Shown: positions 14,171-25,237, counted from the whole stretch's first letter. The stretch is DNA of 62,206 nucleotides, filler included, from Hausera hauseri (GCA_046269625.1; 10 parts of 10 records of this genome joined end to end with filler, not necessarily neighbours in it); one strand, 5' to 3'. Numbers and translations: made by a program. Notes: generated by a model from the sequence alone, not told the origin.

Positions 14171-14418
14171 ATGTCTCCCTTCGCCCCTTGATACCATTGA
14201 TAGCTTGAGAATCCTAATGGATCATTCAGGGCTGGGGAAGCAGTCAATGCTATGGCTTGAGTCTGGGCCGAATCAACTAACTGGTCGCTTGGGGCAATGG
14301 TCGGAGGTTGGATGACGGTAACGGTTGCAGCGTTACTATTGGCTGTCCCCGCACTACTTGACAGTTGCACCCAGTATTTCGTGCTGCTCGTTAATGCGGG
14401 AGTAACAAAGGTTGCAAA
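14171..14418 (-). CDS. Fragment of a bacterial-type Ig-like repeat protein
   Basis: FVTPALTSSTKYWVQLSSSAGTANSNAATVTV and SYQWYQGAKGD are typical bacterial surface-protein Ig repeats. GC content is abruptly higher. Confidence 0.65.
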
Positions 14419-14518
14419 NNNNNNNNNNNNNNNNNNNNNNNNNNNNNNNNNNNNNNNNNNNNTTAATTAATTAANNNNNNNNNNNNNNNNNNNNNNNNNN
14501 NNNNNNNNNNNNNNNNNN

Positions 14519-15469
14519 TCCAGTCCAATCCGTTGGAATGTCATGGATGGAGTGGAGAATAAGGGGGTTTTGTCCGTGAGAGAGAGCGAATGAAGTTTTC
14601 CCAATATTAGCGGCCCCGAAAATGACGGCCGAATTTACCCCTAGTTCTGGTTCAAATCGAATAGGGGGCAAGAGAAATTCCTGATTGACCGGTTGATACT
14701 TTTCCCGGAACTTATTGCGCACGTATGATGTTAGCAGACGATGTCGAGTTATAAACTCAGATCTGTCGCATTCCTTCATCGTCTGGAGGGCCTCCTCAAC
14801 TGTCGGCGCCTCGTCGAACAGCTTATAGATGACCTTCTTGGAGGTATTTTCCCTCCAGACGTTAAATGGCTCCTTGCCAAATGCAGCGATAAGTGCACCA
14901 TCGAAGGTGTCCTTATGGTGAAATTGATACACCTAAAAAAATAATAATATTAATAAGCACACACACATACCTTCTGGATATCGGCGCGAAATGGAAGGAC
15001 GTGTGCTACAAGCACATTCCACATCGTAGATATCTTGTTGGGAGTCGGCGTATAAATGAGGACGTGCATGTGGTGAAAACCACTAGGTGCACGCTCCTCT
15101 TGAAGGCGAATATACCAGTGCTTTTTTAAATAGAGGCGCTGGTATTGGTCCAATCGGTACTCCGCATTAAACTGCTCGTCCAATTTATGGACTAACATAA
15201 AATGCCGGAACGTAGAATTTCTAGGGGGCATAGCAAGTGTTTTGACTGGTTCAGGGAATTTACTTTGGAGGGCCTCAAAAACCTCCGGAGGGAACTGATC
15301 CTCCTTAAACAGAGGCATGGGGTTCTCAGCATTAACAGTAATGTTTCGTTTGTATGATGTTCTACCGAAAAAAAATTAAACATCGAATAAAAATAAAATA
15401 AACCTACTCCGCGTTAGCTTTCACGGCGGGGGTTAATTTAATAACCCGATGCAAATTAAATTCATCCAT
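14519..15469 (-). CDS. rep: Spliced CRESS-like Rep, copy A (HUH endonuclease + SF3-helicase-like P-loop); exons 15469-15408, 15361-14971, 14932-contig end; 3' partial
   Basis: Motif II QEERAPSGFHHMHVLI and Walker A GAANIGKT. Motif III region VYQFHHKD. GT-AG introns of 46 and 38 nt give one continuous frame starting MDEFNLHRV. Confidence 0.88.
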
Positions 15470-16158
15470 TTTCAATAAATATATATTTAAAAGTTAAATA
15501 AAATTATGAGCCAGATTATAATATATATTTGAAATTGAGCTGGCTCAATTTTAAATAAGATTTTAACGGGGCACAAAAAATTCAAATTGATTCAACCAAT
15601 TACGCACACCAACAAGCGAACGGTTGATAATAACGTTACTAAGCAACCCGAGATAATGCACTAATTCACTGGCGCCTACAATATTGATTTATGTTATCGG
15701 CCGATACATATTAACAATGCGCGGAAAGTCAAGTGGCACTTGACTACCGCTGTAATTACCCGATGCTACTCGGACATTACATGCACCGGGTTTCCTTCAT
15801 ACAATGGACTGCCCGAGACACAATTAATACCGCACTTCAACACTACTAATGTAAATGGCCGAGACCCTATACGGCCGGTCTCGATACACTTAATATAGCC
15901 TTAAATCTGGTTAACATTAAAGTTCAAATATAGTCAGTTAGCTCAAAATAAAAATGAGCCAAATATTTAAATATCATTTATTTTATTATTATTTATTTAA
16001 TATTTTTAATTTATTTTATTATAATTATTATTATTATAATTCATATTTTTATTCTTATAATTTTTTTTTAAAACTTAAATTTTTTTCATTATTTTTTTTT
16101 TTTTAAAACTCTTAAATTTTTTTTAAGTTACTAAATTTATTGTTTATGTTCATTTTAG
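15470..16158. promoter_or_regulatory. Bidirectional control/origin-like region, copy A
   Basis: Palindromes at 15532-15551 and 15727-15745, plus a 28-mer at 15854-15881. All have collinear counterparts in copy B. Confidence 0.65.
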
Positions 16159-16629
16159 ATGGCTAACCAATCATATGCAGCAGCACTACTGAACTGGTAC
16201 AACCTTTTAGCAAAGAAAAGAATTGATGAGGACCTAAAACTTTATCGCAAATAATTTGAAAGGGTTCAAAACTTGGCTCATTCTTTTAATAGAATAATCG
16301 AGGAATCGATATTGAGAAATTGGGACGACACAGAAGCTCGGACCCGCCTGGACATGGCCCGGACTTCTTTGATAAATTGTGCTGAAGTCCGGGATAGGAT
16401 CCGGGAATATCTTAGACAATTGGAAGCTATGGAAGGCCAATGGGTCTTACCCTTCGATGGTGCGACCTATGCAGCTGACTCACCAGCACCCTTCTACGAG
16501 GCTTGGAAGGACCTCGACACACCTGCTCAGGTGAAATGGATCCGAGAAACCGAAGAAGACCTGAAGAACATGGCCAACATTGTGGATCATAACCTTTGGC
16601 CAAGGGTCGAAAACCTTTTTATCTTGTAG
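16159..16629 (+). CDS. Unknown ~156-aa Rep-partner protein (ORF X, copy A) with one internal TAA where copy B has Glu
   Basis: MANQSYAAALLNWYNLLAKKRIDEDLKLYRK*FERVQNL...ENLFIL is homologous to 17066-17293. TTTTAG lies directly before the ATG. Confidence 0.75.
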
Positions 16630-16736
16630 CTTGTTATATAATAAATTGATGTCTTGACTTTAGGTCTAAAGATGCCAACGGAGGTCCAAAGCCCTCGTGT
16701 AAATCTGATGGGACCTTTAACTTTATATTTAAAAAA

Positions 16737-16789
16737 AAAAGTAATTTGCTTTTAAGAGTCAAACGACTCTTAAAATCATTATTACTTTT
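16737..16789. repeat. Interrupted inverted repeat / hairpin downstream of ORF X
   Basis: AAAAGTAAT-n4-TTTTAAGAGTC-aaac-GACTCTTAAAA-n5-ATTACTTTT. Confidence 0.8.
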
Positions 16790-17065
16790 CTGATTTACTC
16801 AGAAATAAATCTGATATATTTTCAGAAATACTACTGAATACTACTGAAATACTACTGAACATATAGATTTCCCATCTTAACTACATTTCACGTACAAATT
16901 ACATATATTGCCTATACTTCTCCTAAATTACCTCCATATTACCCATATGCTACCATTATATTTTCCTATATTACTTATATATTCCCCACAATGTCTATAT
17001 ATTCCTCTCATCTTTCGCGAAAGAAAAATATTAGATGTATGCTGAATTGTAATATACCAGCTAAA

Positions 17066-17293
17066 CTATCTCAAGCAGAAGGTATCAAGCAGAGCCATTT
17101 CCATCCGGATCCTTGCCTGGGGGTCGTCCCAGTTCCGAAGAATACTCTCTTCAATAATTCCTCGGAAGCTGTTACCAAGGTTGGTGACCCTGTCAAGTTC
17201 TCGACGATACAACTTCAAATCCTCCTCAATACGTCTTTGGGCTAGAAGGTTATACCAGTTCAAAAGCGCACGAGCATAATTTCGGTTGGCCAT
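17066..17293 (-). pseudogene. ORF X copy B, 3'-truncated (homology lost near 17093)
   Basis: MANRNYARALLNWYNLLAQRRIEEDLKLYRRELDRVTNL..IIEESILRNWDD. Confidence 0.75.
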
Positions 17294-17912
17294 TATTTCT
17301 AAAATGAAAATAGAAATTAATTAGAGCCGCGAAAAAAATTTAAAAGTTATAAGGAAATAAAATAATAAAAGTAAAAGTTAAAAAATAATAAGTATAAAAA
17401 AATTAATGTAAAAAAATAAATAAAATAATAATAATAAATTAAAATATAAATTGAATTTAGGCCCGAAAATATTTTGAGCCACGTTGCAAATTTATTTCTT
17501 GCAGTTAACGCATTTTGAGCCAATATATTCATTGATTAGACCGGCCGTATAGGGTCTCGGCCATTGCATTGTCAATGTAAAGTCCGGTACACATGAAACC
17601 CGAGATAAGTAGTCTAATGTCAGCCGTCGCTCAAGTGCCACTTGACACGCTGACAATTAATTACACGTAGTGCCCGAGAGCAATTATCGATTAGCTGGTA
17701 GTTGCTAACTCTCGTGATTGTGTGCGTTGCTAGGCAACGTTAAAATCAGCCAAAATAATTTCAATGCGCATACCGACACACACACGGCTGATTCAAAATG
17801 TTATTTTTCTACCCAGACTTATTTATATAATTTTGAGCTAGCTCAATTTCAAATATAAGTTATAGCTAGACTCAATATTTTATTTGAAATTAAAAATATA
17901 AATTAAAGCGAA
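17294..17912. promoter_or_regulatory. Bidirectional control/origin-like region, copy B
   Basis: 28-mer at 17538-17565 (exact reverse complement of copy A); palindromes at 17631-17645 and 17833-17846. Confidence 0.65.
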
Positions 17913-18868
17913 ATGGAAGAAAATCATCTTGAAAGAACTGTGGTTTTACCCCCCCCCCAATGTTAAAACACACTTCTGAGTGAGATTTTGATTTAAATAT
18001 TTTATGAATATTTTTATTTTGCAGAACATCATACAAACGTAATGTTTTAATTGGTCCTGGATTAGAAACTCCATTGTTTAAAGAGGATCAATTCCCTCCG
18101 GAGGTTTTTGAGGCCCTCCAAAGTAAATTCACTGAACCGGTGAAATCTCTTGCCATGCCCCCTAGAAATTTTACCTTTCGTCATTTTATGCTTGTTCATA
18201 AGTTGGATCCTACTTATGATGCTGAATACAGATTGGATCAATATCAGCGCCTCTATATAAAAAAGCATTGGTATATTCGCCTTCAGGAGGAGCGTGCACC
18301 TAGTGGTTTTCACCACATGCACGTCCTCATCTATACTCCTACTCCAAACAAGATATCTACAATGTGGAATGTGCTTGGTGCACATGTTTTACCGTTTCGA
18401 GCGGATATCCAGAAGGTATGTGTGTGTGTGCTTAATATTATTATTATTTTTTAGGTGTATCAATATCACCATAAGGATACGTTCGATGAGGCAATTATTG
18501 CAGCTTTTGGCAAAGAGCCATTTAATGTCTGGAGGGAAAATACCTCAAAGAAGGTTATTTACAAGCTGTTCGATGAGGCGCCGACAGCTGAGGAGGCCCT
18601 TCAGACTATGAAAGAGTGCGACAGGTCTGAATTTATTACGAGACATCGTCTTCTTACTTCGTATGTGCGAAACAAGTTTCGGGAGAAGTACCAGCCTGTT
18701 AATCAAGAGTTTCTCTTATCTCCTATCAGATTTGAGCCAGAACTAGGCGTTAATTCAGCTGTAATTTTTGGAGCGGCCAATATTGGCAAAACTTCATTTG
18801 CCCTTTCTCATGGACGGAATCCACTTATTCTCCACTCAATCCATGACATTCCAACAGATTGGACAGGC
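17913..18868 (+). CDS. rep: Spliced CRESS-like Rep, copy B; exons 17913-17979, 18025-18415, 18455-contig end; 3' partial
   Basis: HHMHVLI, VYQYHHKD (YxxK) and GAANIGKT. Introns of 45 and 39 nt at the same positions as copy A. Exon 1 is out of frame by one base at the C10 run (17949-17958). Confidence 0.88.
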
Positions 18869-18968
18869 NNNNNNNNNNNNNNNNNNNNNNNNNNNNNNNN
18901 NNNNNNNNNNNNTTAATTAATTAANNNNNNNNNNNNNNNNNNNNNNNNNNNNNNNNNNNNNNNNNNNN

Positions 18969-19522
18969 GAGGAAGTTTAATTTCTCACTTTGAGGTGTGA
19001 GAAATTATAAAATAGCAGGGACATTGGGGACATCTGGACTCTTTACAGGGGACAAAGGTGTTTGCGCTTGACCTGGTCAACCAATTGGAGGGACTTTTTA
19101 ACTTCAAACCTCTGCAGCGGCTGTCTCTCATTGGATGAACAAAGAGACGCCTTGTTTGCTTCTGATTGGTTGTAAAATGGATACGCCTGATTTGAAAATG
19201 GCTTAAAAACTGTCCCACGCCGAAATAATTTAGATTTTACAGATCTCATGGTTGTAATTTCTCCAGAGACATCTTTTGTCTCTGTTTCTTTTTCTGTCTT
19301 TTATTTCTTTCGGTCCCAGAGGTAAATATGTATTGTTTCTATCCTGTATTAAAAAGTTATCGTTCTGTGATGTCATCATGTTGTGCCGGTTTTTGTTTGA
19401 GCATGCGCTCTTCACGTGCGTCTCCACGGGCACCGAGAGAACTCCGGGGACAGAAGGAAGATAGAGCTAAAGTTTAAACAAGCTAACAAGTTTGAACAAG
19501 TTCTGATCTTTTATTCTCAACA
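18969..19522 (+). mobile_element. 5' LTR (partial) of an ERV-like element
   Basis: CCAAT/ATTGG boxes, ATTAAA near 19348, and an ...AACA end followed by a tRNA-Pro-type PBS. Confidence 0.65.
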
Positions 19523-19524
19523 TT

Positions 19525-19544
19525 TGGGGGCTCTCGTCCGGGTC
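19525..19544 (+). promoter_or_regulatory. tRNA-Pro primer-binding site
   Basis: TGGGGGCTCTCGTCCGGG versus canonical TGGGGGCTCGTCCGGGAT (2-nt insertion). Confidence 0.7.
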
Positions 19545-22500
19545 TCTCGGTGGATGCCGGTGGAGATTGACTGATTCTCTCGGCCTGGTGCCGCTGTTTC
19601 TCAGGTGAGACAACTCTTTGTTGTTTCTTTTGCTGGTAGCATGTAGCTTTGGCTGTGGCTATTAGCTTAGCGGTGCGGACATGTGGGATTACAGATCGAC
19701 AGCAGATCCTGCGGTGAGATTTCCCCCTAAAAGAGTCGTAATTAAATTGATTAATAAATACACAGTAAATTGTAAATGTTTATACTGGGAGCTGTAGCGG
19801 GCTCTTACCGAAAGTGTTGCGCAGCTTCGGGGAATTAGCTGGGTTTGTGTATACAGTGGGTACTAGACTCGCTTAATATTTAAGTGAATATTGTCTTTAA
19901 GTATCTGTTGTATAGCGTTCGTTGCCCTGGATAGCCTCCAGTCTACCTCAAATACGAACTTATTTTGGCTTCTGTGTATTATTCGGTTTGGGTTTGCATC
20001 GCCCAGGAAAGTTCGGCTAATTTCCAAAGGAATTATGATTGAGTGGGTTATTTGATCAGTGGTCGCTTCATGTTTACTTATGTTTTAAGACGGCCGGTAA
20101 ATTTCTTAATTTGACACAGGTTCGGTCACCTTTGTATACTCTGAGTTTAAGGATATTGTTTGAAGACGCTGGCGAAATTTTTTAGAGTTTGACCCCGCTC
20201 TATAGTTTTTGATTGGAATCTCTTACTGCAGTGATCTTTTAGCGGCCGCTTCTGACTTTTTACCTGGGACCGTTAATCTATCCTATCTTCTTCTTGCCTT
20301 TAACCTCTATTGTGTGAGGCTTGGGGACCATTTGTCTGTTTGTGAGGAGCTCCGTGTTTGTGTGTCCATATTTGTGTGATTTGTATATTGGAAGCGCTCT
20401 GTCTGTCTCTGTGTGCGCGCTGCTGTGGAGCGCTACGTTTGTGTTTATTTCTATGTGTTTGTGATAAACTGTGTGTCTGTGTCCACTTTTCTGATATGTG
20501 TTTGCTTGTCTTGTGGAAGTTGTATTGCTGAATTAATGCTAACGCTTTGTCTGTCTGAGCTCGTGTTTTCAGGGGACATGCTTCCTGGTTCCCTCTTGGC
20601 TGAGGTAACGACTGGAAAAGGGGGGCGGACCAGGGGAGACTGTGGTTTTTCTGTTTCCATTTTTAGGAGTTCTTTTCATGCTGTATTCACTAATATATTT
20701 TTTTCCCAGGTTTGTTGGATTGGTTTATTTGGTGTCTTTTGAAATGTGGGTTTTCTGTGGAATGACAAGTGCAGAATGACTGATTTACTGATGTTTCTGT
20801 TTTCTGCAGGGGTGAGACAATGTCTCATCATCTTCTGGTTTTAGGTTGGATGGTGCAGTGGGATAAAATTGTTTAATCTGTGACGTGTGAGTTCTTTTAA
20901 TTCATACTTTTTCTCATTTAGGATGACATTTCCTCACTGCCTGGACAAAGGAAAACACTAATGCATAAATTTGTTTTTTTTTGTTTCTCCATGTTGATGT
21001 GTTCTGTGTGTACAAAGATGTTAATTTGACTTAGGACTGTATTTTTCTGTGTCGACTGGGGTGACATTTCTTTGACTCTGACTTGACTGTGTGAATGTGG
21101 ATCGCTGTGTTTTTTTTTAATTTTTTTTTACTTTTTGTTAAGCGATCTGGCTTATATGTGACGTCATTTGATACTTGTCTGTTTGATTTTTCTTTTATGA
21201 TTTCTAGGAATAGTGCATTTTTTATTATTTCATGGATTCACTCTGACTGTCTTTTGCAGACAGGCTGTCCCAGTCTGATTTACATTTTCTTTGGAGCTGT
21301 TTTAGACTGCTGGGTTCTCAGACCGGCCCGATTGTTCCATTTCTTTCATTTTATTTTTTTAACTTTACTAACACACTAACTTCTAACTGCACTAACTGTT
21401 ATTTAGTAAAAGTCACAAATGTTTATTTTAATTGGACATGGAAAATTTTAGCATATTGGGGAATTGGATTTTACTTTATTATTTTGGCTTGGTGGGAGTG
21501 ACTTGTGTTTCTTTTATCAGAACAAATATACGGGGGGATATTATGAAGACACATTACTTAAACAACTTTATAGTTTACAACTTTTGATATTGTTTTGAAT
21601 TTGGTTTATTTTAGTTTTCACTGCATTATTTTTTACAGTTTCTGTGGGTTCCAAATCATTAGTTGATTTTCAGACGGGTATGTCGAGGAACACACACTTC
21701 ATTGTACATTTTGCAGGATGGAGGGGGTGCCCAACTTGGATAGGAATGCATCTTGTCTTTGTGCTTCGTGAGGGTGTTCTGGGTAGTTTCCAGTTTCTTA
21801 GATGAGATGGGTTAACTGATTTTTTACTCCTCCTGCAGGCTTATCTAGATTCCAAATACGAAGGAAAAAGATGTATAGTTTAGCTAGGGCAAAGATCATT
21901 GCTTTCTCATGGCAGGGCACATCTGCGTTTTCTCCTGGTCCTTTTCCTCTGGACATTTTGGGCAGGTTTACGGTGCGGGGGTTGTTTACAACCTGGGCCT
22001 TGTCAGCAGATCTCCGTTTCTGATCTGTCCCTGGATTGACCTGTTGGTTGAGGGCACAGTTCAACTTTGGATATCTCTGGGTTGGCTGGTGCAGCCTTCT
22101 CTGCCAAGGGGAAACAACATTATCCACGCTTTTATCTGATTTAAGGTTCAGGTATTCACTAAGGTACCTCTTGCTTGGGTTTTATTTGGTAATCATTTAT
22201 TTTGATTTTTGTTTGGTTATTCTTGTGTACTTTTTTATTTACTTGCTCTAGCAGGTAATGCTTGATAAGACTTCCTGCTTTTATTTTTATTGTTTTTCAT
22301 TATGTTCACTACAGTGTTTTGAGAAATTGGGTTAAATCTACTGTTAAGTTTGGATTACATCTGAGCCATTTATGACCTCTTGGTGTGTTGTTGAAGTTAT
22401 TTGAAGGTGTCAGAAAACAACACCAATGATTTTATTTTACCATTACTGTGTTACGGCCTGTGGTAATTACTGGGACGTTCTGTTAGATAACATTGTATTC

Positions 22501-23530
22501 CTGTTTATTTGTGTGTTTTTATTTTTTGTTTTTCTCTTTTCTGGAGTGCAGAACTTGGAGCGGTTTCTCATGCTGTGACATGGCAGATGTGATGAGGGAT
22601 GCTTCACAGGATGCAGGAACATTTCTTATTACAGTTGTAATTTACACAATATGACATATGATTTTGTTTGTGTTTGATAATTTTGTGTTATTTTTTCTTT
22701 TGGCAGTATTTCCCCTCTGTGCATTGATGGTGATCTCTCTGGGTGGACTGGTTGGACTCTGGTGACATGTTCTGAGGTGTGCTGTTCGGTGATGTCTTGG
22801 TTTACACACCATCCTGTTCCTATCACATCTTGTTTTTCTTCTGCTGTGCTGCTATATGAGAGCCGACCGTTATCCAACGGCACTAAGGTCAGTGAAGATG
22901 TCTCGTGTGATATCGGCCAGAATGCTGATCGCAGGTTGCTGCATCAGGTGCCGACTTGGACTGTTTGGAGACAAAGGGACCGGGTGTCGTCTCTCAGTGT
23001 GAGTCCTCCTGCAGCTGCGCTCTGCAGGGTGTTGGGACTGCGAAAGATCACAGCCTTCTGTCCTGCGTGAGACGGGGGTTTGAGTGAATGACTGACACCA
23101 GTTTGAAGACAACAAAGGGCTGACCTTAGTTCGTCACAGCAGTTTGCCTGGGACTCCGCGCTGGTGGTGGGTGTGTATTGCCAAGATGGATCCTGATTTG
23201 CCACCACTGATCATGTGGCCTGAGCAGCTGAGTTCACATCAGAGTCCATAAATGCACAGATTGGTTCTGATGCCACTCGATTTGGTGATAGTTAATGGTT
23301 TTTCTAGGTTTTGCATTATTTCATGCCATTTTTTTTTCTTTCCTTGATGTTTTAAATATGCGTGGTTCGTTCCTCTGTTTGTATCCTGTGCTTTGTCCTC
23401 GGAGGTGTTGAAACATCTGGTCTCAGGCCCTTTTAGATGCTAATTGAGGACTGGTGCGATCTTTCCCATCCCGCTCTGTGTTTTTTGGGGTAGTGGTTTT
23501 TAGATTTTATTTGGCTTTGTCTTAGATTGG
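19545..23530 (+). mobile_element. Non-coding, T-rich internal region of a non-autonomous ERV-like element
   Basis: Follows the PBS and is strongly T/G skewed. No gag or pol motifs seen. Confidence 0.45.
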
Positions 23531-23639
23531 NNNNNNNNNNNNNNNNNNNNNNNNNNNNNNNNNNNNNNNNNNNNTTAATTAATTAANNNNNNNNNNNNNN
23601 NNNNNNNNNNNNNNNNNNNNNNNNNNNNNNGTTTAGACA

Positions 23640-24616
23640 AGAAATGTCAACGAAACGACAAGAAGTATCTGAAAAATCCGAAGAAGTATTGTGGAACTCA
23701 AAAGTGAAAGAAATTCATTCAATGACATAGGCTAAATTATGAAATAAGTCGATCTACATTTCAAACTATTGTCAGAAACGTTAACATGAACTAAACTGTT
23801 GCAAATAAGCCACAAACATGATGACCACATGAATATTACCAAAATATTTGAGAATAATAAAAAGAATGACGGCTATTGAAATAGTTAAGGATATTCAAAA
23901 GTTCCAGAAATAGATGTACATCTAGAATGTGTAAGGAGAATTTTAAGAAATGGAGGATTTAATAGCAGGGTTCCTAGAAAGAAACATTTACTTCAAAACC
24001 TAATTAAGAAAACGCTTGAACTTTACTAAGGACCACGAACGTGAAAGATATGATTTTTTGCAGAAAGTTATCTTTTCCGATAAATCAAAATTCAATATTT
24101 CCGGATATGATGGTCAGCAAAAGGTTTAAAAAACACAAAAATGTCAAAAAATAATGCTTCGATAATTAATCATGATGGGAGGTCAGTTAAAGTTTGGGAT
24201 TGTTTGTCAGCAGACAAAGTAGAAAATGGTATTTATTGACAAGATAGTGAATCAGTTAAAATATGGAAATATTGCGAGTTTATTTGAATGTATTTGTTCA
24301 TAATATGGGACTACAAAACGACCGGATCTCTCAATATGATGATGATTTCAAAACAGCCAGAAGTATGAAGGAATACAAACTGTATAATGTACTAAAACAT
24401 CTCAGCTGGTTTGCTTATTGACCAGACTTGAACATTGAAAATTTATGGGATGAGTTGAACAAAAATTTGTGCTAATAGCATAAAGAACTCAAATGACCTA
24501 AAATGTTTTCCGATTGAAGAGTAGGTAAAAATAACTTCACAGAGCGAAAAGTTTGTTCTTTCTACAATCGCATTAAAACAGTAGCAGGAACTAAAGAAGG
24601 TTCAACAAAATATTAA
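23640..24616 (+). mobile_element. Degenerate Tc1 transposase
   Basis: RVPRKKHLL, KVIFSDKSKFNI, GRSVKVW, QYDDD, PDLN-IENLWDEL and GSTKY*, with many lesions. Confidence 0.85.
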
Positions 24617-25039
24617 AAATTTTGTTTATTTGATAAAGTAAACATTAAATTCGTTTCAGCTCAAGTAAACTTTTGGGACATGAATTTTAATAATTATTTC
24701 ATTTTGAAAGAGAATAAAATAAAACTTATTTTGGGAGGAGAGTAATTTATTAAAAAGATATTTTAATAAAAAGAGAACATTTTTTAAAGATTATAAAAGT
24801 TAATTTCATGACCATTTATTTCGAGGTGTTACTCTCCGGGGGCCTCGCCCACCTTTAAATATTTGGATTAGGTCATGTATATCAATTTTGTCAGACACAA
24901 ACATCCATACCTATACAGATATCATCAGCGAATAAGAAAATAACGAAGCAATAACTATAATCAAAGGTACCTTTAAAGGCATTGTTATGTATGCACCCTT
25001 TTATAAGTCAATAGGTCTTCATGGTCTTCATGGCGAGTG

Positions 25040-25237
25040 AATTTGGATTCAGAAAAGATCAATTTGTCTTCATCAGCTTTGTTGTACGATATATGTCCCG
25101 ATACTGATTTAAATTTAATGTTATTGACGTATTTCAAAAGTATTTAAAATCCTCCATAACAAAATCACGAACACCAGTACCATTCGAGAAAACGTCTGTG
25201 TAGCTCACTTTGCCATACCGACGCTTAAATTCTTTAA
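25040..25237 (-). pseudogene. SRSF1/SRSF9-like SR protein, RRM2 C-terminal half (downstream of the piggyBac)
   Basis: VKEFKRRYGKVSYTDVFSNGTGVRDFV..NIKFKSVSGHISY aligns by eye with [40 protein letters not shown]. Confidence 0.8.

Noticed and set aside
14519-18868. Contig 3 as a simple fold-back (inverted duplication) artefact, or as a Helitron
   Set aside because: The arms are substantially diverged with synonymous bias. The P-loop follows a short HUH domain as in CRESS Reps, not a large RepHel/PIF1.
20413-23207. Hydrophobic or Cys-rich ORFs in the ERV-like contig
   Set aside because: Explained by T/G-rich composition; no protein motifs.
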